Source: Dimargaris cristalligena (lineage: Eukaryota). From it: a stretch of DNA of 48,882 nt. Within the stretch, counting starts at the first letter, position 1. Each line of letters begins with the position of its first letter. The notes below the pieces were generated by a model. It was not told where the DNA came from and ran no database searches. It saw only the letters and a list, made by a program, of their open reading frames with translations. The position numbers and the translations under genes are program-made. Below, in pieces: positions 12,686-25,699 of the stretch. The DNA lies in NCBI GenBank assembly GCA_003614675.1, contig ML002278.1:1-48882 (forward strand). The letters are read 5' to 3'.

Positions 12686-13448
12686 TTATTCGGATTTTTC
12701 GACCGGGGCGATATTAGTGGTGGCTACAGCGGGTTGATTTTCGATACTTTTCCGGTGAGTATAGATTCGGAAAAGCTGATAAAGGCCAGTGAAGCCCACG
12801 AACATGTTCACGCTCATGAGGCTGTAATTAACGGGGATAATCTGGGTGGAGTAGCGGCTCCAGATCACACCAGTGGCCGCCAGGGCTACGTTTTGGCTGA
12901 CGCTCAAGCTTTCCGCGGGCCGCTGCATGTCACCCAAGCCGGCGATTACGAGACACTATTAGAGTCAGCCAGTCGGCGAGTGCAGCCCAAAGAGTAAATT
13001 ATAGGAATATCGGTGTACTGTTATTAATCCAATAAACTCAGATAGGTTGTCGGTAGCATAGTTGAGGGTGTTGCAGTCTCTTATTCGGCCGAGGGCCCTC
13101 TGCAGCACAATTAAGCCAACTTACCCATTTGCACATCGGAGCCCAGAAGTGGATGGTCTTGGGGCCTACATATTGACAAGGGTGAAGGAGCAAATACAAT
13201 AAAGTTGACCGGTACTGACAAGTTAGTTGAGTGTGACTATCCCTAAAAACGCAATACTATAGACAGCACCGACATTAAGTAGTAGCCGGACTCGAAATAC
13301 TCGCTGAAGGGATTCCCGTTCAATGCATTCGTGCAATGAGGCCTTCGGTGTGAGCTAACCCGAACAATGCTACAGTCGTATAGTTTCGATCCTAATACTA
13401 CTTACCAGCCGGGTGGTTGAGGAAAGTACGGAAGCGAGAAGAGGCCAT
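12686..13448 (-). CDS. MPC2: Mitochondrial pyruvate carrier subunit (MPC2/MPC3 type), 117 aa
   Basis: Exons 13448-13406, 13165-13125 and 12955-12686 with GTAAGT donors and TAG acceptors. The protein MASSRFRTFLNHPAGPKTIHFWAPMCKWCLVIAGLGDMQRPAESLSVSQNVALAATGVIWSRYSTQIIPVNYSLMSVNMF... matches the MPC2 signature. Confidence 0.96.
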
Positions 13449-14307
13449 GATGGAGTCTGAGGATTGGCGAAAAGGGAGATGCTGGCAACAAGCGGTAAAG
13501 AAGTATGAAATGGCAATGCCCAAGAAAGATGAATGAATTGTGAAAGTAGCCAATGCTGTTAGTCAGTAGTGGTGAGTCAGTAAGTAGGATAGTTAACGCT
13601 GAGTGGAAATTGAGATGCGTGGATACTGGTTGCTCAGTGTAGTCCAAAATAACTCGAAAGGAAATGTTATTAAAATAGACGATGCTTATACTCCAGGAAG
13701 GGCGAATCTCGCTGCCTGAAGTATAGACCATTTCAAGACCCTGGAAATCGCTTGAGGGTCCCAAACTCTGGTTGGAGTCCCTCCCTCTCTGCTAAAGTGA
13801 GGTGCGACTACTGCAAGTATCAGCTGTTGGGTATGGCGTGTTACATAAACTCCTCTTGGTATTTTATGCGCTCCCCTGGCACCACTATTTGCACACATTC
13901 TTGTCGGCCTTATTGGCAAGTTAATGGCTGGATACGGATAGCTATAATTAAATCATACTTAAATGCTTGCGATGGGTGCATTGGAAGGTATAATAAAAAC
14001 ATTCCCAGTTATATACGAACGACCTGGCCTCCATAGATACAACTTGCCATTTAAGTAGCGCTGGTGATTGTCAAACATGATATAGCTTCAACTAAATGAT
14101 AGTTTACCAGAATGATTTTCCCCCCTCAATTGGCATGTTTCGGTCGAAGTATCTCTTCATATAGACCGCCATAAAATTCCCACCCTTGGTGACCCTAATA
14201 ACCTAGTATTGCCAAGGATACTATCACAACAGGGGTGTATTAATCAACTTAATGCTAAGAAAAGGAAGAGATAATTCCAGTAATGTATTGATTGATTAAT
14301 AATAGAT

Positions 14308-15811
14308 TTAACCTTGTATGATTTGATCATAAAGGTGCCGCGTCACGGTGAGCTTCAACCGTTGCTTATCAAACGAAATAAGAAGGGGGTTGAACTGTAG
14401 GAATATAGCACACTCCGAAGGACTGGTAAACGAACCGGCCATTATGAACCTGTCTTCACAGAACTGGGCCTCAGTTCGGTGATAGCCGAAGTTACTAGCA
14501 CAGTGACAAAGGGCCCGACGGCCCAGATGCTTTGTGGAGAAGGCTGTGAGTATATCGACCATTGGTTTCGACCCTATAATATCGAGTTCGATAAGGGCAA
14601 TTAGAGCCAATGTCGAATATCCGGGAAGTCCTAGCTGAGTTGTATACAGTTTATCTAAGAGGTACTGGAGTTGATCAAGTTGGCCAGCATGGACCAGTGC
14701 CACCACCATTAGGGGTATCAGGTAGTACGATACGAGGCTCCGGAAGGTTTGGTCAAACATGGACCGGTCCCCCCAGTATTGGCGAGTCAGATAGGCTAGC
14801 CTGTCGGGAATCAGTGCTCGGACACTAGGATAGTACTGTTCAAAATCCACCCGCTGGTGGAGATGCGTCAGAATGGCTATAACTATGGTCAGTATTGCTT
14901 TAGAATCGGCATTGCCCAGCTGGTGAATCAGGTAAAGTAAAGGCGAAAGTCGCTCTAGGGCCGGGGAAGACACATAATCCGAGTACCACACGCTATGGGA
15001 TATCAAACCGGCTTGCTCCATAGTTCGCAGACTAAGAGTTTGAAGATAGCTGCCCGAGTTTCGACGATCCGAGTCCTTCTCGGAAGACGACCTTGAAGGA
15101 AAGAGTATGTGCATTATCTGGGTCTCACTATTTGTTGTGGTACCCAGCGCATGTTCCAAAAGACTAGAAATGGCGGTAGTAACTTCCGATTCCACCACCT
15201 TTAGGGCTAATTGCGGGCGAAGTTGAATCGGCTGCATTAGGATGAAACGTTGGGACGGGGGTACATCTATGGATTGGCCTAGGCCCCGGCGGATTTTGAC
15301 AAGAGCCTTGTTGAGTTAGATCGTGGTAAACATATACAGGAAGCAGTTAAATCTCGAGCAGTATATGTAGTTTAGTTGTAGATTCCAGTATCCCAACCCA
15401 GTCCCGGGGACTTCAGTATTTACCCCCTCCCCACTCCCCAAATTAAGGAGTATTCTACATCACCATCCAGTCAAACAGGGAAATATTGATAATGGTTGCT
15501 AACCATAAAATAGCAATTAAGTTTTGGCATTGTACACTTACCAAACCGCCATGGAATTTCAAATACTGATCAAACAGTGCGGCTAGGCGGGAATTGACAA
15601 TCCCCAATTGACCAGCGGCCCCCCACTGTAAACGGTCCATAATATGGAAGATAAGCTCAGGCGGTAGTCGCTCAAAATTAGCTAGCGAGGGCATCTCATT
15701 GGAGGCAGGGGGGGCGGCGCGGGGCACATCTAATGAGTGGCCAATCATATCTGCCCCTAGCGCGATTCCTCCGAGAATGATGGCCGCGATGAAGAAATAG
15801 TGAAGTCTCAT
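14308..15811 (-). CDS. Hypothetical secreted protein with N-terminal F-box-like motif (about 422 aa)
   Basis: Exon 1 (15811-15542) encodes a signal-peptide-like MRLHYFFIAAIILGGIALG, then FERLPPELIFHIMDRLQWGAAGQLGIVNSRLAALF, with a GTAAGT donor at 15541. The best phase-0 acceptor is CTAAC-TCAACAAG at 15307, giving exon 2 15306-14308, which contains the 309-aa ORF. The acceptor choice is tentative. Confidence 0.7.
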
Positions 15812-17553
15812 AATATGGGACAAACCAAAATATGAATATCAAGACAAAGACAACAACAGGGATGCAAAGTGCGAATAAGACGACTGTCACCTTTTAGCAT
15901 TCGCCCTATTTAATACGCCGAATTCGCGGCCATTTATATTGCATAGATAGACGACGGGTCCTCCTAATAGAAACATGCCAGCCTATATCAAGCCAGCTCC
16001 CTATTAAGTAACTCGGTAGTAAAAATGTCCCATAATCACCTGCCAATACCTCGGAGTGTAATAGGGATATATAGAAGGCAATCTTGGGTGGTGGCTGCGT
16101 TAATGGTTCCGCCATAAACCTATGCCCCAATCAATGGTTTCACAGAGGTCACAATGATTCCCAATTGTATCTTCCAACCCTATAACTCAACGCCCCCTCG
16201 GTCAAGTGGACTATGTAGCCGGTACTGGAAAGAGGCGATATAATTACAGAGAATCGGGGTTGTATTTTCAGCAAATTTGGATGGACAGGTTCCATTGGTG
16301 ATGCATACGATAAGGTCTCCTGCATTACGGTGCTCATATATTGCCAAATCACCATGACAGGGCACCGCTTATTTCAGGAATAGAGTAACGTATCACAATT
16401 GAGTAAGTTTCCCATCACCAGACAAAGACCTTGGATAGTTAAATGCCAAATCAAAATAATATAAATGTAGGTTAGTTCATAAATATGTTTAGCTGAGAGA
16501 TGCCTCGATCACAGTCCCCAGCGTCGGGAGACTTTTTATATTAATTATAAAGTGACGGGGGAGAGGATTGTGAGCAGAATGACGGGAATTAGATACAGTC
16601 TACTGAGAAGGAACATTGCGCATAATTTTTTAATCGAGGCCATTGATGCTGCGTTCAATAATAAATATGATTTAAGTCAACATCTCGTAGGCTGTCGCTT
16701 TCGATTGGCCCTAATTATGTCAATACGGCGCGAAAAATCGACGACTGGCGATATGTATGTCAAGAAGCCAATTGCAACATATTTATCTCCCTCGGACTCC
16801 CCTCCTCTCGCTCAATGTTTTTGATTCCTATATGTTCCCATCACTCAAGCATTGCCTATTTTGCCCACTTTCTAATGGTATCTGTTAATAGCAGTTTAGT
16901 TACCCCTCCCCCAAGATTGACACTGCCAACCAGTGCTCGGCTACATAAACCTGTAAATCTTTCTACTACCTACTTCTTAGCTATTTAATCGATTATTTGG
17001 TACCCCTTAATTAATTAAATTTTTAGGAGTCGCCAACCATCTATTCTATTCTATTAGACCTCTTCAATAGAGTCATTCATAGCCCTATGTTAAATGCTCT
17101 TAGGTAGATTAGTTCTTGGTGTAGGCTATTCTAGGATTTATTAGGAATTTGACCTATGGTAGTAGGCATGATTGAAAGGGGCAAGTAATCTGCCTAGGCT
17201 GATTATTCTTCTTGAGTAAAGGCGGGGGTGCTTCTTACTCAAACCGACGCAAATATAAATAATTAGTAAAGGTCAGTGGATGCGTGTGGGGTACAGTAGA
17301 GGTGTACATTCATAATATAACTTATAGCAATGGGTGTCGCCCATATTCAAAGGAAATATTAATACAATGGAAATGTAGTTATTTTAGTTTAGAAATAATT
17401 AAGGGTATGGAAAGAGTGGTATAATCGTACAAGAATATATAATAAATAAAAAGTGGCTATTATATAAAAACAAAACTGAATATTCAAAAACACATATGCA
17501 ACTATTTAACGAAGAATGAGGTACCAGCGCTATCCTAAGGGCTGGCCAATACC

Positions 17554-20500
17554 CTACACACTTCCTCGGCGTTTTTTTGAATAATCAACGACTTGCTCGA
17601 CGGCCAAATTAAACCGATCTACAACCACAATCCGGTACTGCTGGGGACTTTCACCCGTCCATCTGTATATTTGAATACATTCGGCCTCTTCGTAGTGGAA
17701 GAAGTAAAAGCTGAGTGCGTATATCAGTACCACTGCCAACTGAAGTAGTACGGCGCGGTAGATGACAATCTCAACATCGGTGTATTCTTGGTAGCGCAGA
17801 ATGATGGCAATGAGCCGTAGAGTGGAAATCATGAGAATACCACACACTATCGTGGCCATCTAGCATAGGGGTAAAGCAGTAGTTGATATAAAAAAGAATA
17901 GTCGAACGTAGTTAACCCCATTAACTATTGATTAAAATGGGATGGGTTTCAAGGAAATACCCCATTTACGGGGAGGAAAAGGCTGGCGTATACAACAGTC
18001 CCTAGTCTAATGCCGACATGCTATGGTTTGTAAAAATAACCTCGCCCATTTATATATTAGGGTTATTTTCAAAAAGAAAGCATCGGTTAAAACCACTTAC
18101 CTTTATCAGTTTACTGTAGGTTTCGGGTGATAGGGCCAGGACATCGCGGGCGCCTAGTAGTAGATGGGCTGGTTGATGGCAGCGTTAAAGTTGGTGCATG
18201 CCAGAGGTATATAGTAATATTAAAAGTTAGGGGATCATGACACCGTAATAATTAATCTGATAATATTTATTCAGCCATTGTGTATAATCAACGAATAGCC
18301 TGGAGGCCATTTGAATACTTTAACCTATCAACAAACATCTCGTGCTATAAATAAAATACAGCTATACATATATAGTTATTGTAGAATTACACTTACTATA
18401 GAGGAATATGATAAATCCTTGTGAAAAAGTAATTATAACTCCCATGATTATCAATAAATGAGAATTGATACGATCTAACGGCTGGTTTTGTGTTACAATT
18501 ACAGCGACTTGCAGTATGCCAACCATACAGGTGGACCCTATTCGTAGAGTGTTAAACCAGAGAAAGACAAACCGTAAACCAGGTATTGGCATAATGTTTT
18601 GAAGTAACAGACCCCTGTTTGAATTCAAGTGTGAAGTGATATAGGAGCGGGAAAATAATGAAACGAGGTGAGAATGATATCGGGCCGGAGAATAGAAGGA
18701 GCTACGTCGTGTACATACGCATAGTCCCGATTAAGAAGTAAATATGTATGTAGCATCATACGAATTGAGCTCATCCGAGGGGATCGATAAGCCCCGTCGT
18801 GCAAGAAACGCTTACATACCATACATAGTAAACTGCTGCATCGGCCAATTCGCAAAATGTTATGGCAATTATGTATAGACACTGAAAAGTGATTGGAATG
18901 CGCACTTTCAAATTTAAGGTCGATAGCACTGACATTCAATAATCCAATCAATTATATAAATATAATATAAATTAGGTGTCGGCTGGCCAATACCAAAATT
19001 ATATGGCGGTCATGTAGGCTATATTGGTGTTACAAAGGTGGGATTATTAGAACTGGGTCGAATTATATATGGCACGACCCATGGGATCAAACTAACTTAC
19101 AGATGACGCATATTATACCCGAAATATAAACCGCAAGTCGGGTCGGCTGTTTTAACTGTTGCCTATGTACAAGACTATATGAAGCGTAGATCCCGTAACA
19201 TGCCAACGGTAAAAACTAAAAAACAACAACAATACAACAATAACAACGCATACCAACCAGCTTAATTAAAGTCAGACTTAGATGTGGTGGAGTTAACGGG
19301 AAATATAACGGTGCTACGTAAGTCAGTGGAAAAAGCAACAACGTTGGGTGTATGAGCCATGAAATAAACAAGAACAATAGTCAGTAATAGACTATTGATG
19401 TCTAAGCCATAGGCAAGAAGGAAGGAGGCCTACCATTAAATACGCCGAAATTTGTTGGATGGTGGAGCCGGGCGATTGATACATGATGTTCCATGGCCCA
19501 GGGTCTAGAAAAATAGGTACGGTAAATTCAGATAAGAAAGCACAAACAGTAAAATTTAAACATAGGGCTGGGGGTATGGACTGATTGATGGGTTACTGGG
19601 CCGAAATAGCTGCATATTGTGGTTAGGCAAACTTTTAGAATACTAAACCTGGACTTAATCCAGGTTCAAATATCGATAACTTCATTCGCCCTATATTTAA
19701 CTGCCGGGGAGGAGCACGGTACCGATGGTATGGCAGTCGGGTAAATAGTCGGGACTGATTGGGGAAAGGGGGTTTTGTGCACCTACCACTAAAGACTTCG
19801 ACTGTGATGTTTTGGAGCAGCTCAACACCTGGTAGCCGGGTGTATTCATCGGCCGAAATGAGACCTAATTCAACTCCCGGTGACCGGTGATCCAGCCAGT
19901 TACCGTACATTTCGCGACTGGGGTCACCGAAATTTTGATTAGCATTTTGGGCAGCCGGGAACAGTACTAGTCGAACACTGGGCCAGCCTAGCTGTTTTAG
20001 TGACGTAGTATACGGTTCAATAAGGGCGAGTACCTGCCGAATAAACCAGCGATGCAATGGTACCGTCCCGACAGGTGGTGTTTGGGGTTAATGATCGACG
20101 GTGTTGAGATCCATCAGTATAATTAAGGAGCCAGTGCCAATACAGAATGCGAATGAGTGACATTGGCTGGGTGGTGGAGGTGAGAGAAGAACCGGGGTAT
20201 CAATGCCGGTATTCGGGGGATCGATCAAATAAGTCAACGATAGCTTGTTGGAGGGATGCAGCTTTAAGTACCTTTCACACGATACCACCAAGTCCACGTC
20301 AGAGCGGACCGGCTGGACCGACAGTATTAGGCAGTTGATGGAAAACGGGAGTGCTAAAACTTACATTCGACTTCTCTCGACAAACGGACCATACGCGGGC
20401 CCAGTCTTCCATGAGCAGGATAACGTGATAGGGTTGCTTGGGGTTTTTAGGCGCCCAGACCCAGTCCGGTGAACGGTGTTGAGGTAGCTGTATCTGGCAT

Positions 20501-20694
20501 TTGTCCGTAAGGGTTACGGGGAGAAGGATCCCCGTGACCTGGAAGGGCGTACCCGAGTCACCGAAAAAGCCGTGGGTGGTTATAGTGGTCGGACCCCCCT
20601 GAACGGTGAGTTGCATTGAGGCCTTTACGTCAGTCGACAGGAGGATGCTCCAAAGTAAGCCAAATACGGCCAAGGCCCAGGGCATGTGGCCCAT
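17554..20694 (-). CDS. Orphan GPCR-like protein: signal peptide, about 200-aa ectodomain, seven predicted TM helices (482 aa)
   Basis: Eight phase-consistent GT-AG exons: 20694-20365, 20033-19787, 19504-19434, 19215-19101, 18928-18820, 18614-18397, 18153-18101 and 17859-17554 (1449 nt in total). N-terminus MGHMPWALAVFGLLWSILLSTDVKAS, a DPGPWN motif just before the first hydrophobic segment, then seven hydrophobic segments counted by eye. Confidence 0.8.
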
Positions 20695-21814
20695 CGCGAA
20701 TGAGACGCCCAAGCACAAGTGGTGACGTCTTTGACTAGATGGCCGAGGGTTGAGGAGGAAAGTGTTAGAAATAGGGGAGTTTAGCGCGGGCTGCAATGCG
20801 ACTCGCTTGGGGTTAGTTATTGGGCGTAAAATAAATCAGCTGCGAAAACAAAGAGGTTTAGCAAATATAGGAATGAGCAAAGCATAACTTGGATGACCAG
20901 AAGCGCACTTGACCAACACCGGGGCTTATAGGTTCTGGAATAGGGGAAATTGATAGGGACAACCTATATAAAAAACAGCATGAAAACACCTCATACCTAT
21001 ACTATACTAGGGCTTTAAAGCAATACTTAACACATAATTAAAGTATTACAGGAGCGATCAGCCCACAGTCGGAGTATCTAAAGAGAAGCCATCCTTTGGC
21101 TCTGGTGTTTGGGCCAAGGTAGTGCCTTTGGATTGCATATCTGGCCAATGGAACCACCCCACCTTTGGTAAAACTAATGAATAAGCAGGGCATTGGAAAG
21201 TAGCGGTGAAGCAAAGTTAAGGTTGCGCTCTACTCATTGATCAACCCGTTTGCGTTGAACACTAAAACGAATGAAGGTGGCGAATACCAGACGGGGATGA
21301 GTGAAGGATATAGGAGCTCCCTATCCATACCAAACCCGCGGTGGTTTTTGGATGGCTGGAAATTCAACTGAAGCCTCACCAATTCCCACTTTTGGCGATG
21401 TTTCCTCTATCCTAAAGGGGGATAAAGTATTGGGACGAAGGACGACCAACACTAAGATCCGCGGGATTTGCCGGTTAGAACTGGTTCAGAGAAACTATTC
21501 ACATAGGGAAACGAAGAACCCAGCAATCTTCTTGGGAAGGAAGAGTAACATATACCCCTTCCCCCTTTCTGGATATCCGATATATGTAACCTGTTGTACT
21601 ATAATGGGTTTAAAAGGTTCAAGGAAAGGGGTGAACCTATCCAGCTGCACTTGGTGAGGGGGTTTCTTTGTCCCTTATTTTAGCCCACATGGTCGTTGAG
21701 CCGCCTGTAGTTCACAATAAAGCTGTATTAACCCTTGGCATGCCTCGTGGACAACTCAATCCTTCACTAGGAGTATCTTTTGGTAGTGCTGCTTACCTTT
21801 GCTTGGCCGATGCC

Positions 21815-21826
21815 TTAACCGGTTAA
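21815..21826. promoter_or_regulatory. Palindrome TTAACCGGTTAA containing the Grainyhead consensus, about 1.1 kb upstream of the 7TM gene
   Basis: Read directly from the sequence. Function is inferred. Confidence 0.3.
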
Positions 21827-24800
21827 CCTAAGACTATACCTGGAGTATCCTGGTACCACCTACTTAAACCTGCCTTCCTTGTGTAACAATACTATTAGAA
21901 CTGCGCACATGGATAGGTGTTCCCAGCCACATAGCACCACCCCCACGGTGATTGGAACATAATGTTTCTACGACCCCCCCCCCCACTTACATGTGTGTCG
22001 GTTGCTGCACTACCTTATTGTCCGTGCGCCTAATCGCCCCGACCCCCCTATTCCCGTTCACTTGTCACCCATATCGACCCCCTTTCCACGCGTCCAGCGC
22101 TAAACTGTTTAGATCACAGGGGGCGGCATGTCTAAATAATGAAACTCTATTTTAAAATCTATATAGATCACTAAACCCCTATTCAGCAACCTCGTTGCTA
22201 TGTGTGGCAATGCAAACGTGGGACGTGGGTGGTTTGGTGTACCCCTCGGTCGCATGATACTGAACGTCGGGAAACTCCGATAGATGAGTGATAATATAGC
22301 CATTCTTAGGTGCGTTTCCAGGGGGGTGAGGTGGGATAGCCTGGGTTTTTCTGAAAGTACCCGAAATATTTTCGTCAGGACCACCACTCCATTTATCCAA
22401 ATAAATTATTCGCGTCCACTGGGAGGTAATACCTCCACACCCACATGTGACCGAGGCAGTGCCCTACAAGCACTGTCTGGGTCCGTGTAGCTCTAGTAGC
22501 CGGGCCATTTCCTGGGAATATTTTCTTTAAGAAATGTAAAGTGAATGGTTATTTATAAACCCAACTTTCCGTGGTCTATTCTTAAAAAAGTAAATGAATT
22601 AAAACTCCGTCTCATTAAATTCCAATATACAAATTGCCGTCTATTCGGTTTAAATAGTAGGGCGTCACCGAGGTACAATATTAGACCAATTTGCCATCTG
22701 TAACCACAGCGGATTGGATCCCAACTTGTATGAAGGCCCGTGCTGCTTAACTAGACATGGCCTTTGCATGGCATTCATCGGTATGACGTGTAATTCATTA
22801 ATCATGAACCATGGCTTTCGCGATGCCACTGGACCCCGATCGCGACCATAGGTTCGCCATATATCGGAAATTCACCACATCATGCAATCCTTGCCTTTCT
22901 TGCCAAAAATATAAAAAGTTGCTATAGGCAAATCATTACTACCCCTACCTAAACTGAACTCAAAAAAGGGGGAATAGGCACAATTGTCATTTGAAAGCAG
23001 ACCAATTCATATGGGTGAAATTTTGCCCAGCTGTATAAGGGTTTTCGTGGTATGCGTATGGGGGAATAGGCGGCGATTCATTTTCAACCAGTAATATTTG
23101 CCTCATCCAATGGATTTTTTGAAAGACAGTCGGGCTGAACCTCGCTCATATTGACGAAATACCACAGTAATTAATTGAAAACATAAGCATACATGGCTAT
23201 CGGGGGGAGGCTATATTAGAAGCTGAAGAAAAATTGGGAAATCCAGTTGGCCCACCGATACTAAAATAAACACGGTACGCCTAAAACATTAAGGACTTTA
23301 TCATTAGAATAATATCAAGGGGGGGCTTTGAATAAGGGGACAGGGCGGGGTATATCCATCTATTGATCAACCGAAATTCCCAGCCTCCCAAAGATCCAGG
23401 TAGCTGTATATTCGGATACACTAAAAACCCACCAATAGCTAGTGCCTTTCCATTTTACATCACTTAAGATCTAATGCGAATAGTTTCACGCACACGCCTA
23501 TTTATTTCCAAGCCCAAAACCCAATCAGGTCAAAATAATAAGAGTAGTACACTATAAAAATAGTACGTTAATAAGGGTTAAGGACCAGTTTAGGTACTCT
23601 CCGTGAACGTTTAGTTAAAGTGGCGGCATTCGGATGACCTGTTGTTTCGAATTGTTTCAACCCTATCTGAACCCGCTGCTGCAGCCATCTTATGTACAAC
23701 AATGTATCCAGGGAATATAGAAACTGTTGCTTATATATCAATGGGCTCATCTCCTTGGAAACCTGGCGCGATTGGGGTGGAGTGAGATAATGAGGAACTG
23801 GATGCGGGTGGGTGTGGATAGAACGACTCATCCGCCTGCATGGCTGATGTAGATGGAATCACATTCTCCGGAAGAGGTGAACCGACCATGTACGGAAAAA
23901 AAAGAATCACTGAACTAACCTACTGTACAAGTCCACGGTTAACGAGGTACAAAAAATTGCATGAGAAGAGAAACCTGTTGGTCGGAAAAAATGCCAGGGG
24001 GAGGGGAAACGAATCTTAGTGTTTAAATCAGAAGTTCAGTGGGTGGAGGGCGGGGTGGACTGTTGTCAAGATCACAGGGCGATAATAAATATATGGTAGG
24101 CTGTGACGTCAACAGCTGCGAGTAAATCGAAAATATTGTTCCTAAAACCCGACCTGACCTATACTAAAATACGGGGTAGGTCGCAAACACCCATACTAGA
24201 ATGTCTGTTGAAGAAGGAGCAGTACATAATTACTCATCACGGACTGGCTCAAACGGAGAACGAGAAGGGGGTGCGGAGGGAATACTCGCCTTGACTCATT
24301 TTCCAGTGTTCAACTAATATATCCATTCCCGGAAGGTCAGAGATTCATTAATTGTACTAAAAAGCTGGGGTCATGCAGGAGGAGTGTCGTTCCTTTAGAA
24401 TAGAACTGAGGGTTTTCTGATAATTGGGTTGGAATAGGGGAACCATACCAACGCCTGTATTAAAAAAGAGAGTCGAGCATCCAGTGAACATGTAAGTTAT
24501 GGTTGGGGATGCATGGCATTATTGATTCCAGCATTAATTGAACTCATGATCTTTGGTTAACATAGCACCGCTTTTGGAATCCTCGACTCCATTCTAAACA
24601 AATAGCAGCAGTCGATACTTTTATTTTTGGATTGGTGGTGCATTCTGGCCCAGTTGTTGATTTTTTGAATTACTAGCCATGTTTCAAAGTATTGTCTTAA
24701 CGCGGGCCTTCGATTAGGAAACAATCCCGCCTTCTTTCTTCGCAGAATAAGACTATTAACTACGGGGGGGGATACTCTGGGTAGAAATCGGCTCGTAACC

Positions 24801-25699
24801 TTGTCAGTCTAGGAAGCTGGGTTATGGGACAATATGGTAGAAGGGGAAAGCCCAGTGGCAGGCAGACAATCCCAGAAACAATACTGGACTATAAATTTAA
24901 AACGCCATACATATATACCCCCCGATGAATGCAATTGAAGTACCACTGTGTGAGCGATTGAGGTGGAGTGGACACCAGTAAAACAATACCCGCTTACTTG
25001 TATTGATCGTGATTGTGGGTATTGATTAAAAACCTCAATTGCCCTACCTTCAAGCTCGTCACCTTCACGGTCGTGACCTTTTGTTTACCTAGTATATCCC
25101 GCTGAACACCAAAAATGGACTATTTATGACAATAACTTGGGGCCGACTTGGTCAACTATAGAATGGTCTCATCATATGCCTACCCGCTAGATTTCGTAGA
25201 GGTCGAGTCATCAGCCCGGACCCCTCCCCCCGTGGAGTTTTAGCCAAGACATTATATAAATACAACGAAATAAGGTGGCTAAAGAAGAAGCATGTGTTAC
25301 TGTTATCGACCATTATGCCTACATTGCCACAACTCTCCTTAATATATATTAGCTACTTCAATCGAAATGTGAGGTTTCCGAATTGAAGGGCGCACATCAC
25401 TCGAATAACAGGTAGTACACTGGCAAGAACAATCACGGAGACCATTTAGGCCAACCTTTATTATAGTTTATTTCTGACTACCTCACTTTACCGCCTCGAG
25501 CCGTACGGCCAAACAATACAGCACTATTCTATCACTACTACCAGTCCTCTGCGAAGTAGTGTACATGCATGATTGACCCCACACCCACACACTACTCTAC
25601 CATTACCCCGTCCCCTGGCATTCTTGTGGCCATTATTCCATATGATATCAGATCTATTTCATTCCTAAAGATATACTATCCGGGGGAATTCATATACCT

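Noticed and set aside
15307-15455. An additional middle exon for the F-box gene using the acceptor at 15455
   Set aside because: Phase-0 reading hits stop codons almost immediately (AAT ACT CCT TAA).
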